Source of the DNA: Tubiluchus corallicola
Taxonomy: Eukaryota; Animalia; Priapulida
NCBI GenBank assembly: GCA_030141605.1
Contig: JAQGDQ010000022.1
Span: forward strand, 930,001-994,000
DNA: 64,000 nt
Direction: 5' to 3'
Of the stretch, positions 24,746 through 38,290 are shown piece after piece. Positions within the stretch are counted from its first letter, which is position 1; the number at the start of each line of letters is the position of its first letter. The notes beneath the pieces are model-generated. The model ran no database searches, was not told the origin of the DNA, and was given only the letters and a program-made list of their open reading frames with translations. The translations under genes and the position numbers were made by a program.

Positions 24746-26079
24746 AGCCTGTTTGTTTCTCGTATTGTTGGACTGAAGTTAAGAAATTGCAGAGTGAGAA
24801 AAGTTCAAATAATGAAGCGACAATAATTACCATAATTATGCCAACATTAAAATATCGACAGTTTTATTACATGTTGGTCTTTAGGCTTCAACATGGCCAA
24901 AAAAGGTTGTATTGTTTGTTCGCCAAATTGATATCATTTAAGCAATAATATTAAAAATAGTGAGTAATGCATCAGCAGCACGTTAGGATCAAGATTAAAT
25001 AATTTATTTCGCATGCATGGGAATAGGATTGCCCTGTATAATATAATATACAACAACTAAGAAACAATGCCATATGCTCGGGCAGTGTACAACCATGTGA
25101 TCATTTATGTTAATTCTATTTTAGTTGTGTAGTTCACTCATAAATTTTATATACCGTGGTCGGACAAGCATAATGTGAAAAACAATTTAAACTGATTATG
25201 TACGTTGTATCTAAATAATGGAAATGCACACCTTAACGAATAAAATTTATGTAAATCTAAAGCATTTGCCTATTAAAGGCTACAAGATATTGTGTAGTTT
25301 TCTCCATGTCAGTATACAATTTAAACAATAATGCCAGTGCTGCTGATGTGCTACTTACTGCATTATTACAAAAATGTACATAGTGGATCTGGTAAAATAA
25401 TTTATGCGTACTTTATACAAATTGTTTTAAGTTTTTATGACAGTTTAATAAACTGTGTTTTTTCACAGTGGATAATATTTGTATAGTCTGACAAAGAATT
25501 AGAAAAAAACAAATGACTACATGATTAATGATTGGGCGATAATCTAAACTTGCTCTTTGTTTTAGTATGTGACATGTATTTAAGATAGAATACTGCAGGA
25601 CAGCATCCATAAAATTTATTATCAGAAAATTTCAAGAATTTATTTTTGCAGGATACATTGCATCAACTTTAAATTTGCTAAACTTGAGCAAACTGCGTTT
25701 GTAATATCATTTCACTTTCTTTTAAAGCAAATTTTTAGCAAAAATTAACATCACAAAAACAAATTTTTTGGGAAACTCAAAGGCTGAGTTTCTTATTTTG
25801 CTACACTTCAGTTCTGACTATCTTCCCTTAACCAATTTGTGTGCTGGGTGCAGCTTATAGGGATATGACCTTCGTGTATGTAATGCAATGATAAAACGAT
25901 TGATGCAGAATCTGCAAATAAATGCAACAGTCATGTGTGATTGTCTTTAAGTAAACTTGTTTTATTATTATTTTGTATTTAAAGATTAGTATTTGTTTCA
26001 GTATCATCTTTTGGGTTTTTGTCATAGATTTTCAGTTCTGTTTGGTACGTTTTTTAACTTGTCAGAAGCTTGAGAAGCA

Positions 26080-29000
26080 ATGGGTGCTAACAGCAGCAGT
26101 ATAAGCGAGCTGAATGGAAATGAATACCTGCGACGTCTAGCTGGTCCTGATACAGTATCAGAAAATGATCCATTCTGGAATCAGCTTCTTTCATTTTCAT
26201 TTCTTCCTCCACAGAGCAGGTACATAGTTGCACATGAACTTTCAAATTTGTACTTTTGTAAATTTGTAACATTTGTTTATTCAAGATTAGTCCTTAGTTG
26301 ATTAAAAGGTGCAAAACAAACTATATGTAGCTCATTGTATGGCATCACTACTTTACTTGGGTATATTATTAAAACCAGCTGGCTTTGTCTAACTACGAAT
26401 ACCAGTTAACACTTTATTATTATCCTTTTGGCAGACCAGTTTTTCGTTGTTTATGCTATTCATCCTCCAACCCCCCCCCCACCCCCCACCCCCGCTATCA
26501 CATTAACATGCATAGTCGAATTTCATATATATTTGTTACTTTTGCAAGATGTGCTCAGTAGTCAATAATCCAGTAGATCGTTATATCTTTGAATTTTTGA
26601 ATTTTTCATCTGATAATTTAAATTATTATTTTGATATTATCGCACTGTAAATTACTTGATATTAATCTTCCTGCGGTTTTAATATCTGAAGAAGAGTTTC
26701 AAGAATCTCAAAATAAAAGCTTAAAATGTAGAAATACATTGCTCCTCCTAAAGGAAAACATATTTTGGAAAACTCATTTTTAAAATGTTCATTGGTGTAT
26801 TTTTTCTAAAAATGCTGTGCATTGTCGTTTTTTAGTTCTGACTATCGGCTTTTAGAGGAATCAACTCACAATATCTGCAAGGCAATGGCACATAACAACA
26901 TAAATTCTGGAAATTTTGGTGCACTTTGCCACGTGTTTCTAAAGCGTGCAACAGAACTCAGGAACTCTGCTCAATGTGAAAAGTAAGTTTCTTTACAGGG
27001 TTTTTAAGTTTACTGTTGCTTATAATTATTTAAGTAAAATATGGTGCAAGTGGTCTGTCAGGTCTAATAACATACAAGCAGCACCAGACATTTGTATCAG
27101 TGCTAAAGAACAACCAAAAATAGGACATAGTAGCATTACATGCGCTTTCAAAATTCATTCAGTTCTGCATGTTTTGAAAAAGCTAGTTGTTAATATGGAC
27201 CTTTTGGGAAATTATTTGATCTGAAATTGATGCACTATTTCTTTCTTATTCAGGGATGCTATATTAAAAAGGATACATTTATATTTTTTGCTTTGTTATG
27301 TTTAATGTAGAATGACTTATTGAATTTACATTTGCTGCGTTTGGCTTGATTGAGGCTGGGAGGTTATTGAGACGGAATTGAGCCAATTATTATTTAATAT
27401 CTTATATTTTAATAGTGATTAATTGTCACCCAAAAATATGTATTTTTGATACTAGAATGTCAATGAAATGTTTCAGTTGTAAATGTGATATTGTTAGGTT
27501 TATTTGTAGAAACATGAAATGTTTTTATTTTGCATCTTTGCAGTGAGCTGTTCGTATGGCAGACATACAATGCGTTGTTTGTCGTTCGTAGTTTGTGCAA
27601 ATACTTTATAGAAAACATGAGTGAAGAAAGTGTACTGAAGCAATTTAATGCTTTTCAGAATCTCACAGGTGTGTAGTAATATAAAAATTTGCTGAATTTG
27701 TGTCACATCTGTTTATTTTCAGTTCACTAATGAGGAATTTGTTGCAGTTTCAGTACCACTGGTTTTTAGAGACTAGTAAATGTTTTAAGTGTTTGTTACA
27801 GTTCAACCAAAATATTAATAACCTTGTAGTTTAAAGCGTTGATGAGTAAATGCTTTCAGGGAGTTGCTACATATCACACACAGCTGCTTTTTTGTAAGTG
27901 CCAGGTTTGGAAAAAATTGTTACAACAAGTCATTTAATGCAAATTTTTAGTGTTTGTTTTATAAATAATAAAATACTATAATTAAAATTGATCATTTTAA
28001 TTATAGGATTATTTATTCATGATAGTCTATATTAAAATCACAGTTAATCATATTTTTTAAGGAAACTTGACTGAAAGGAAGGAAATGTGAAGGAAGTTAG
28101 GGAAACTATTGGATTATTAAGATTAATTTGTGAGCTATTAAGATTAATTAAACCTGTCATGATCATTATGAATTTCATAGTGTAGTAATTGAACACAAAG
28201 TTCTGGTTTTTATGATTGCACAAAAGAAGTTAAAATTGTTATCATAGTTTTGATCAGAGAAAGTGAAAATTACCATGCTCATGTATTCATATTAACAATT
28301 GCCGCAAATGGCACAACTAGGCAAAAAGGTAAGCGTTACATGAAATTAATCCAGGCCAACGGTCATAGCATTGGCTTGTAATCCACCTGGCTTACAAATT
28401 TAAGCTTAATCCTCCTTTTTTCGTGTTTTCTTTCTCTTTTCCTGTCAAGTTTAGTTTCATATAATTTAATAACTGTTTAGTGTTGACAAATTATTGTTTT
28501 TTTAGGGCAAGATGAAACGGCTGCTAACAAACAAGAGTCTATTCTAGACAGCCTATTAAACACTTTAGTTGAAATAATTGTGGATCTGCCGGTGATGTAA
28601 ATATATTTTTATCTTTATTGAAAATTTATTTATCCTTTGCTTGTTATTCTTTGTAACTATTTTCAAGATGAAATTTATAACAATGGATCTTATAATTATT
28701 GTAAATCACTGTTTATGCATTTTCAATTGTGGTAAATACTCACAAGCGAATTACCTGTAGACAAGCTTGCAACTCTCATAGCTGATCCTAGTGTACCAAT
28801 TGACTAATTCAAACATAACAGACATGTACATTTTGTTTAGGAATTTTACCTATGATGCTATACTTGAAGCAATGAATTGTCTTATTATACTGACGAGTGT
28901 GCAGATTTTCAAAGCTAGACCTACTGCAAAGTCTGTTATATTAAAATACCTTTTGTGTGGAAAAAGGTAAATTAACCAAATTTTCTTTCTTTTTTAACAA

Positions 29001-32000
29001 CTGTAAACTTTCTGTACATGAATAAGTTTGTGAAAGTGACTATTTTGCAGAATTGTATTTTTGTTTTCTTTTTTTTTGTAAAATAATATACTTTTCCTAA
29101 ATCTATATATCAGCATCAAAATTAGACTTTGCCGAAAAGTTATTCTTAAAAAGTGTTTTCATTTTTGTTTACCAAATACCTTTTGAACATATTGTAAAAT
29201 CCATGTGTCTTTTATAATTTTATTTACAAATTCATTTTGTCAAACATTTCAGTTCTATTCATGCCTGTTTACTGGTCAAAACGTTACTGCAGAATTACAT
29301 CAAACGAGAACCACCTCCTCATTTACATCTACATGGTGGTGGCTCAAGAGCAGGAAGCATGATATACGGAATGGGGCAAGCCGTAGCAAGTAAGTTGCTT
29401 TTTGCATTGATAGTGCAAATCATAAAATGATTTGCATATCTCATGCTTTTCAAAACATTAATTTTCTTTTGTACTTAAATGTACGTTAATGTATAATGTA
29501 CTTTAATGTAAAACGTTAATGTACTTTTCTGGCTATTATTTTTCCATACACTTTGGTGCTTATTGTTTGAGCTCACATATATTTGTTCAAGTAATATTTG
29601 TCATTAACATAAATGTTTCTGCTTTTTAGGTGGGTTGTGGACTGCTTTAACCCTTGGCTATGGACGAGCAGCGACATCTTCTGATCAAACTGCACATCTT
29701 CCGCCTCTAGCCAATAAAAGCTTATTGTTGTTACTGATTTTAGTCAACCATTGTACCAGTGATAAAACGATACACAATCCATACAGGCAAGCCTTATTCT
29801 CCTTCACAGATATGGAAGGTACTTACTTGTTGCTTATTTGCATATATCTGTATTGGAGTCCATAGCTTAGTGTATATGTGCTTGTGCTTTTTTGTGAGTG
29901 ATACTCAGCCCTCATGGGTATCATTCGTAAACCTTAAATATTAAATATATAAATTAAATAAATAAATAGGGAAGATGTGTTTGCCAGCTGTGGGTCATTT
30001 TAGAAAGACATCCTCGATAACAAGCCAGGCTTTGGTCATGCCCCGTACGTCTCATTGAGTAGGCTTGAAATTTTCTTGTCTAAAAGCTTGGATGCTACAC
30101 ATCCGGCTTCTAGTGGGCATAGCATTTTAAGCCATTATTTTGCATCATAATTTTGCATTTATTTTATGTAATGTTATTTTTTACTCACATTTAATGCTTT
30201 ACAAGCTTATTCTAGCTGTAACACAAATTCCACTAATATTCCCAGTTGTGATTTGACATCTAGCAACTTACCAAAGATCGTCCTTTAACATGAGCTTTGA
30301 ACTAGCTGAGGTGTATTAGTCACATTTGGATGTTTGTGCATCTTCTTTCAACGAGAGAAATTAATATTGTGACATATCTTCCCTGTTCCCAAGCACATAT
30401 AATTACCACTCAGCTATTTAGTTCACCACAAAAATGCTTCGTACATTCTTTAGTAAGTTTGGTATACTTATGTACATACTTATGTATGTAAAGTTACATA
30501 CTTAATCGCGTTTACGTGAAAAATTACGTACAATTAATTAGAGCATGACTTTTCTGCATTACGAAGATGAAGCACATAACCTGAAATGTGCAGGTATTTC
30601 GCAGTTTTGATGTTCTGGTATGATACTCAAATTTGTTTGTTTTTCGATGCATTTTCCTGGATCTTTTTTGTTAATGGACCGACGGGTATATCATCTGTAC
30701 TTATTTGTTTGTTGTTTATTTTATGTTTGTTTTGGTTACAAATAAAACAACAGCCCATTTTATTAGTTCCTAAGTTTTTATTTTTAGAAAAAGCAGAAGC
30801 AAGTTCTCCTGTCGAAGCCGTGGCCACATTTAAGCTACATTATTCGGAGTTGTTTAATGTTATGTGTGCCGTCATGCGAGATGACCAGAACACACTCCTT
30901 TTGTATCTTCTAATGCACAGAAATTCTCAATTTAAGTCGTACATCCTGTCAAGAACTGATCTGGATGCTATTGTAAGTACAATAATACATTTTATTTTGC
31001 ATAATTCACATTTAGATTGGTTATCTAAACTATAGACCTAGTAAACCACCTCAGTGTATATAATATACAAGTAAATTTTATTTTTTTGCAATGTAGGGTT
31101 AGTTTATCTTCGTTGTTATTTCAATAAGCGTGTCCACTAACTAGTCTCGGTTAACAGATTAGGTTGCTTGAGTAAACTTTGCTGCTGTTTTTTTTATAAA
31201 TATTTTAAGGCATTTTGTACGATTCCACAAATTGGGCTTTGTGGTCACAAATCCTGGTAGCAAAACGAATGTCGTAATCATGACTATTTCCTCTTTTTGT
31301 AACATTTTAGTGTTTCAGTTTGAAGATTTATATCCCGTGTACTACATTAAATTGTCATAGACTGTCTGTGAATAATATAAAAAGATTTTTTACTGTGCTA
31401 AGAAATACTTGAAACAAAAATGCAAGCCACTAACTCCATATCTTTTTAATTTAACAACCAAATAATACTATATAATAACTGTTGTGAAGCTATTGTTTGT
31501 TCCTTGCAGGTTTTGCCAGTGTTGAAGTTACTGTACAATAGTGAAGAAAAGAATTCTCATCACATTTACATGGCCTTAATAATTGTGCTCATACTTAGTG
31601 AAGATGACTTTTTTAACAAAGCTGTGCACGAAACGGTACGTAAAATTTGTGTTATTTTGGAGTGTGAATGTAGTATGAGATCTATGTTTGCACTTCATGT
31701 TAGCATCTAAAGCATATAAAATGCAAAAAATAGCATTTTGTGGTCACAAATTATTTTGCTTATTTATGACCATTCGTTATGTGATTATCACCTGTCTCTT
31801 TAAATCATTTATCTTCATTATTTGACATGATAAGATCTGTGTAGGACAATGGAAACATCAAGTAGATGAACAAAATCAAAAGTTTGCCATTATTTTAATT
31901 TTTGTCTTTTTACGTAGCTTGACTTTGCATTTTCTTACATTTACTTGATTTGGAAACATTCATGAATTTGGTTTTAACTGGAAGCATTTGGTTTTGTGCT

Positions 32001-35000
32001 GCTATTAGTGTAAACTGGAGCCTACGTAAATGCTTTTTGTGTTATGACAGGTTATACATAAAGTGGAATGGTACACAGAACGACACATCACAGACATAAC
32101 ATTAGGAGGACTGTTAGTTTTAATATTAATCCGAACCGTGCAATTTAACATGTCACGGATGAAGGTACTTCGTTTCTTATAAATATTTTCCACTTTCATT
32201 CCTCAGTCTTTATGTTTTCATTTTAATTTTTTAAATGTAAGTGTTCAAGTGCAGCATGTTTTGTTTTCCTAGTACAATTTTATAGGACATTTAATTTAGA
32301 AATGCACCAAATGTTCACATCACCGAATTTTTTTTCCTGAATACCAGAATAAAAACCTGATCTGGTAAACTTCGGTTGTAATCATTAAACGGTTGGTGAA
32401 CTTTCGGTATACTGAAGTTACTTTTGCAATAATTTTCATATTTAGTGAAATTATATTAAATATACCAAATATTTTCCTATAATGCTTATAGAAATTTATC
32501 CAAAAAAGCTGTTAGTAAACAGCGAACATGGCACCACGGCTGACATTTTGCTTTCTGTTTCTGTATGATAACTCGAAGAATGCAATACACCTTCGGTACA
32601 AAAGTCGTGTCGATGTGCAAAAACGTGGTGGTGCTATATTCACTTATATACAATGAAATCAACGAGAGCTCAAGCTAGTGAACAATCGTACTATCGCAGT
32701 TTTCCTTAAATACTGTTTTTACTGACTGTACAAAATAATTTGAACAGGGTTTTGAAAGAATTAAGGTTGTTTTTAAATTTACTACATTAAAAATACAGAT
32801 TTACTACTTTTGCACAGTTTACCAATCCTACTAACTTTAAATGGTAAATGGTATAATTCTTTTCATTTGGACTTACAAAGAAAATGTGGTTCAGTTTCGT
32901 TAAAAAATTTGATTCGACTCGGTCTGGTATTATAATTCAAGTTGATATTTTATTCAGAATTTGCCTCTGCAGCACGGTTAAGCTTCGGTTCGATCACACC
33001 TAAGTATTAGAAAACCGGTTTCAGTTAGGTTCCGTGCTCCCCTAATTTAATTTATACCCAACCAGTGACAGATTCTATAAAAATATTAATATAAACAGTA
33101 TTTTTTATTGGACCCTTATGTTACTTAACCATATAAAATGATATAAATTAGTAAACTGCTATGGCTAGGTAGCTCTGGAATAAAAATCCCAGCCAGAGTG
33201 AATCATCCGAAAAAACATGCCATGTGAGTAAACCAGCATTTCAACGTATCTCCTGTATTTTATACTTAGGATAGGTACTTACACACAAATTGCTTGGCAG
33301 CACTTGCAAACATGTCGGCACATTTTTACAACCTCCATCCGTACGTTAGTCAGAGAATTGTGGGTATTTTTGAGATACTTACCAAACGACATACTAAGCT
33401 GGTGGAAAAGATGCACCAAGCTGATCATGAATCAGATTCACCAGAAAGAGAAGATTCATCAGAATCATCGGAACAAGTGAGTTAGTAAAACAATTACTTT
33501 TTTGTAAAGCCTACCTTCAATAATCAACACTCATTGTTTCTTTCATTTTTGCATCTTGAACAACGACTGAAGACGTTGCACTCGCGTATGTGTAATAATT
33601 GCCTTTCTTTATTTGTTTCTGAGACCTGAAGATGCTTAGGCAAAAATGTCTGCTATGTGCTTTGTACTAATAGACTGATATTTTTTACAGGTGCAAGACC
33701 TGGCTGTTTTAGAAGAAGTGATACGAATGGTTTTGGAAATTATAAATTCCTGCATAACACACTGTCTCCATCATAATCCTAACCTAATATATGCACTTTT
33801 ATATAATAAGGAGCTGTTCCTGCAATACACCGCCCACCCAACATTTCAGGACATAATTCAAAACATTGACACAGTATGTGTATTTCTTTACTTAGAGTGA
33901 TTTTAATGCTAACTTATTCATTATTCACGAATCAAATGAGTGAAATTTTTTTCTACAATTCTATTTTTCATGTAAACATTAATGCTGTTTTTTACAGTTT
34001 ACTCGTTTACAATAAAAATATTATGCAAGAAAAGTATATATAATTTTTAAAGCCATTTGAATAATAACTTGTGCAGTGCTTTTCATTAATTGGGTTTCCT
34101 TTATTTCTGTGTGAATCATAACAGTGAATGTTTTATATATTAGCCAACAATTTTCAATAATTAACTAGTTATCAATGGTCCCACATGCTATACCACTGAA
34201 TTAATGATAAGTAACTATCTGGTTAGTAATTACTCTAGCGAGCGTAAGCTATCTCTTGAAAACTTTGGATTGGTTAACAAGCTACTTAAATCGAATTAAG
34301 CGTGTTTTTACCAAGCTGCTGTGTGGTCTAGTTATCATAGCATTTCAAAGATCTCTGTTTCAAATTCAGGCCTCAACACATTTCACATTTCCTTCCCTTT
34401 GCTCAAGTTAACTAATAATATTGAAATTAAGATTAAATAAATGATCATTTCATCAGTCTAGAAAATTCTTAGTGTGAATTCCAATGCAGCTCTTAGTATA
34501 TTTTCATCATGAATGGATTTAAATAGAGGATTATTTTTAAATATTCTTGAATTTATTATGCTTTAAAGTGATTAGTGCAAAAATGTAATAAACTATTGTC
34601 TGTCATTAAAACTTTTTTTTAGAAAAAGGCATTTTCTGTGCAATTCCTTCATGCCATATCCCAACCTGCTTCCCAATGTGGTACAGTAGGCAATGAAAAC
34701 AGATGTACAATTAGATCTTAGCATATTTTATAATGGAACCAGAATATCTCATACTATAGCATCGTTATATATTTTTACTTTATTTTGCTAGATTTTGGCA
34801 TATTTCTCAAGCAAGCTTGACGAAACAGATAAGCATATCTCTCCTGATCAAGTTCTTGAAATAATTAGCCAGGCATCACTGCAGTGGCCAAGAGATCGAC
34901 TAAAGGTACTTTTACAGTATGACTAGTGTGATATTCTACTCATATGCTAATAACTTCTTGTTATAAAGAACTGAGAGAATAGTGAAGTCTTACAAATCTT

Positions 35001-36209
35001 TGCAATATAATAAATAGTCAATTTATGATTGCATGGTTGCCTAAAATTAAAGATAACTAACTCTGGAGGATACTGTGCAAAAGAATGTATATAATTTCTA
35101 CTGTAACATAACTTTAATAAACCTTGAGGCTCGATGGCTTGATGACTATATATTACTATGTACTAAAATTGCATTTGACGTGGGTCTGATACTGCAGGAA
35201 ACTACGAATGTGATAGTGCAGGAGCCCTCGATGAAATAACCTCCTCATCAGGAACGAGATTTTCAACACTGTATATCGTAGGTGTGATTGTGGCATTCCA
35301 CAAATGACTACCCATTTGTTTGGGGAGCTAGGCTTTTAGGGGGTACCCCCAAAATAGGTAACCCAAAAAAGGCCTCTCCCATGACAAATAGGTAGCCATT
35401 TGTGAATGCCAGACTCATACCTACGATATGCAGTGATCAAAAATCATGTTTGTGATGAGGAGGTTATTTTGTCATAGGTTCTTTCACTATTAAAATTATC
35501 ACAGTTTACTGCTAAAAAGTTTTTTGGCTTTTAGCGGCGCATTGTAATCATGTTACAGAATTGTGTAGATTTCGAAAAGTAGTCTATAAAAATGGGCAGG
35601 CAACTGGGCTTGAACATCTTCATTGAAAAGTTGAGTAAAGGTGATTTAATTATAATCAGCATAGCAGTGTCTCTGAGATCATACCTTCAGTTTGTACATA
35701 TCTCTGTAAACAATAAAAATTTTACCATTTATGGCGTTTTATTATGGTAGTTGTGACAGTCTTACATAATGTAACAATTTTGAATAACAGGCAGTCAAAC
35801 ATGTATGGTGCTATTATAGGGTTCATAAAGGAATACTGTGTGAGAACATTTACATTTCTTCACAAATTTGTTTAATCGGCAATTCATTACTTTCCTGTAT
35901 TTGTATGTGTAACACTAATTAAGACTGTTAGGATAAATAGAAAGTGTAGTTCTTTTCAGATGAGTACTTTCATCTGTGTAAAAAGTTTTCTAACAAATTC
36001 TTAACTGCTAGATTTGTCTGTGATTGCATTGCAATTCAATGCACATTTTCCTTTTACATTTTCAGAAATTTCCCGAATTGAAATTCAAATATGTTGAAGA
36101 AGATCAGCCTGAGGAATTTTTCATCCCGTATGTTTGGTCACTCGTCTACCAATCTTCTGAACTTTACTGGAATGCCAATATCATGCAATTATTTACCCTG
36201 CAAACATAA
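26080..36209 (+). CDS. DYM: Dymeclin, 675 aa, 14 coding exons: 26080-26219, 26836-26982, 27544-27668, 28506-28596, 28841-28966, 29253-29389, 29630-29818, 30788-30972, 31510-31635, 32051-32164, 33270-33476, 33691-33873, 34792-34905, 36066-36209
   Basis: All introns are GT-AG and phase-consistent (2028 nt). Hallmark dymeclin motifs: MGANSS (myristoylation Gly), [81 protein letters not shown]. Confidence 0.96.
32297..33044. mobile_element. hAT-type MITE in DYM intron 10 (748 bp)
   Basis: Perfect 8-bp TSD ATTTAATT on both flanks; degenerate TIRs TAGAAATGCACC / (rc) TAGGGGAGCACG; subterminal TTCGGT repeats. Confidence 0.7.
35194..35512. repeat. Long imperfect inverted repeat (foldback/MITE-like, ~150-bp arms) in the last DYM intron
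   Basis: The left arm AAATAACCTCCTCATCA...TATCGTAGGT...GGCATTCCACAAATG pairs with the right arm CATTTGTGAATGCC...ACCTACGATA...TGATGAGGAGGTTATTT around a short loop near 35350. Confidence 0.85.
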
Positions 36210-37834
36210 TAACATCGGTACCCTAAAAGAGGATACAAATAGCAAAAAAATCCCAAAATTATATCCTTTGTACAGGTATAGTGTATTTAACGTAATACAG
36301 CAATTTTGAATAACAAACAATTCATCATACATTCATAAGGCTCATTTCTTCACAAATTCGTTTATTCGGTAATTCATTGCAATCCAGTATTTGTATGATC
36401 GTGGCAGTGTCACAGATGTTATGGCTGGTGGTGCCATCTGTGCAGTGTTGATATAGATCTCTAATATTTTCATGAAATTTCACAAATGTGTGATGAAGTT
36501 GTGGATGATTATTTTACTTTATTTGCTCGTATTGTAAAAAATGTGATTTTCGTGCCATTTATGAGAACACGGTGAATAAAATACCATCACCAGCAAATTA
36601 GAAACTGTTCATTTTTATTTTAAGTACTGTTTTGTCTTTTTAGTACTTATTACTTAGTACTTTAGCACCACATTTCTATTGCAGTTGCAGTTTGTGAGAT
36701 TATAACTTTTAATCATTAGTGACAAATACCTTATTACTTAAGTGGTTATGTAAATTTAAAGTATTATCTATTTATTCATGTGTTATATAATTATTTCCAT
36801 AGCCATAGAAGTGTTTTTTGCTTGTTAGTAGACATGTGAAACTAATTTATACATACTTGCATCACACCAATAGAAACTGTTGTTACTTCTAGTAGTATCT
36901 GCAGTGTTTGAAATCCTGCCTGACCATAGAGCCCTTATTCTGTAGAATACTGTGCAAAAAATGTGTATAACTTCTACAGTAATATAACTTTGATAAATTC
37001 TAAAATGTTTGACATCTTGCATTAAGGAGTAACATTATAACTGTATATTATTGAACATGTTATTTTATGATAATAGATTGTACATTAAACAAAATTGCGT
37101 TGATCGTTATTCGTAAACTTGTCTGATTTCTTGTTTGCATAAGAAGTGAAAAAAGTGACACTTTAGGCAGAGTTCTGGCAGCTTTGTTTACTGATAGCAT
37201 CTAAACATTTCTGATGCCTGCAAATGGAGGTTCTGATTAAAATGTGCTGAAAGGGGTAGGAGGTAAACACATCTTGGGAAATCCTTGCTCATTTTACTCT
37301 GCTAGGGTGCCAGACATGAGACAAAGATCTTTAAGTTGTAAGTCTGGGTTTTTTAAATGACTGGTGGCAGCATCACTGGCATGGTCTGGTTTGTGCAAAC
37401 GTAGCTTTCTCATCCAACTATTTTTTGCTAACAGATTTATGTGGTGATTGTTTATCATTTGGCAGTTTTGTTTTATTCAGATAGCAAATTTGCATGGACC
37501 CCACGTGGCTTATGCCAAGTACATAGCAAAAAATATGCTGTCTTAAAACCGTTTTCCTATGTCCCTACATATGCTACAACAACCCGTGCAGTAAATTAGT
37601 AGGTATAATATTTTTATGAATTTAAATTGATAAAGTATAATGATTAGCATGGTTTGCACTGAAAATACAATCAGAACAAAACGGGTGTATAAATAAAATT
37701 CTTGGAGAATTGTAAATAACAGCAGTTGTGTTCTTTGTCTCTTTGCTGTTTTTTTTGTTTGCTTGTTTGTTTGCTGGCATTACTGTTGCAGTAGTAATTA
37801 TTATCATTGTCATTTTTTCCATTACTGTGTTGTT

Positions 37835-38290
37835 GCAGGTGCAAGTTTATAAGCTTACTTGTTTGCAAAAGTAACAATCCAACGAGCTTCCAATCCTGTG
37901 CAGAAGAAGCCTACAAAGTTCCATTCCTGGGAAGAAGCAAGCCTACACGCTATTTCCTGTGCAGAAGCAAGCCTGTAAACTACGTTTTCAGTTCAGAAAC
38001 AAGCCTGCAGACTTCCATTCCTGTCTAGAAGCCACCATTTCTGTGCAAAACTGCAAGTTTTCATTCCTTTCCAAGAAAGTAGCAAGTGCACGAACTTCCT
38101 TCCTGTGCAAAAGCAACCCTATAAGCAATTATTCCTTTCCAAAAACAAGCCTGCAAGCTACCATTTCTGTGTAGAAGCGCCTGAATGCTTTATATTCCCA
38201 TGCAGAAGCAAGCTTAAAAGCTATCATTCCTGTGCAGAAGCAAGTACACATATTACCACTCGTGTACAGAAGTCATAATCTTTTTGTACA
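37835..38290. repeat. Degenerate minisatellite, ~31-bp unit (CCATTCCTGTGCAGAAGCAAGCCTACAAGCT-like), about 14 copies
   Basis: TGTGCAGAAGCAAGCC core recurs at ~31-bp spacing. Confidence 0.85.

Noticed and set aside
37807-38290. Regularly spaced ~31-bp repeats (CRISPR-like) and overlapping ORFs
   Set aside because: Contiguous degenerate tandem units with no unique spacers, in a eukaryotic context: a minisatellite.
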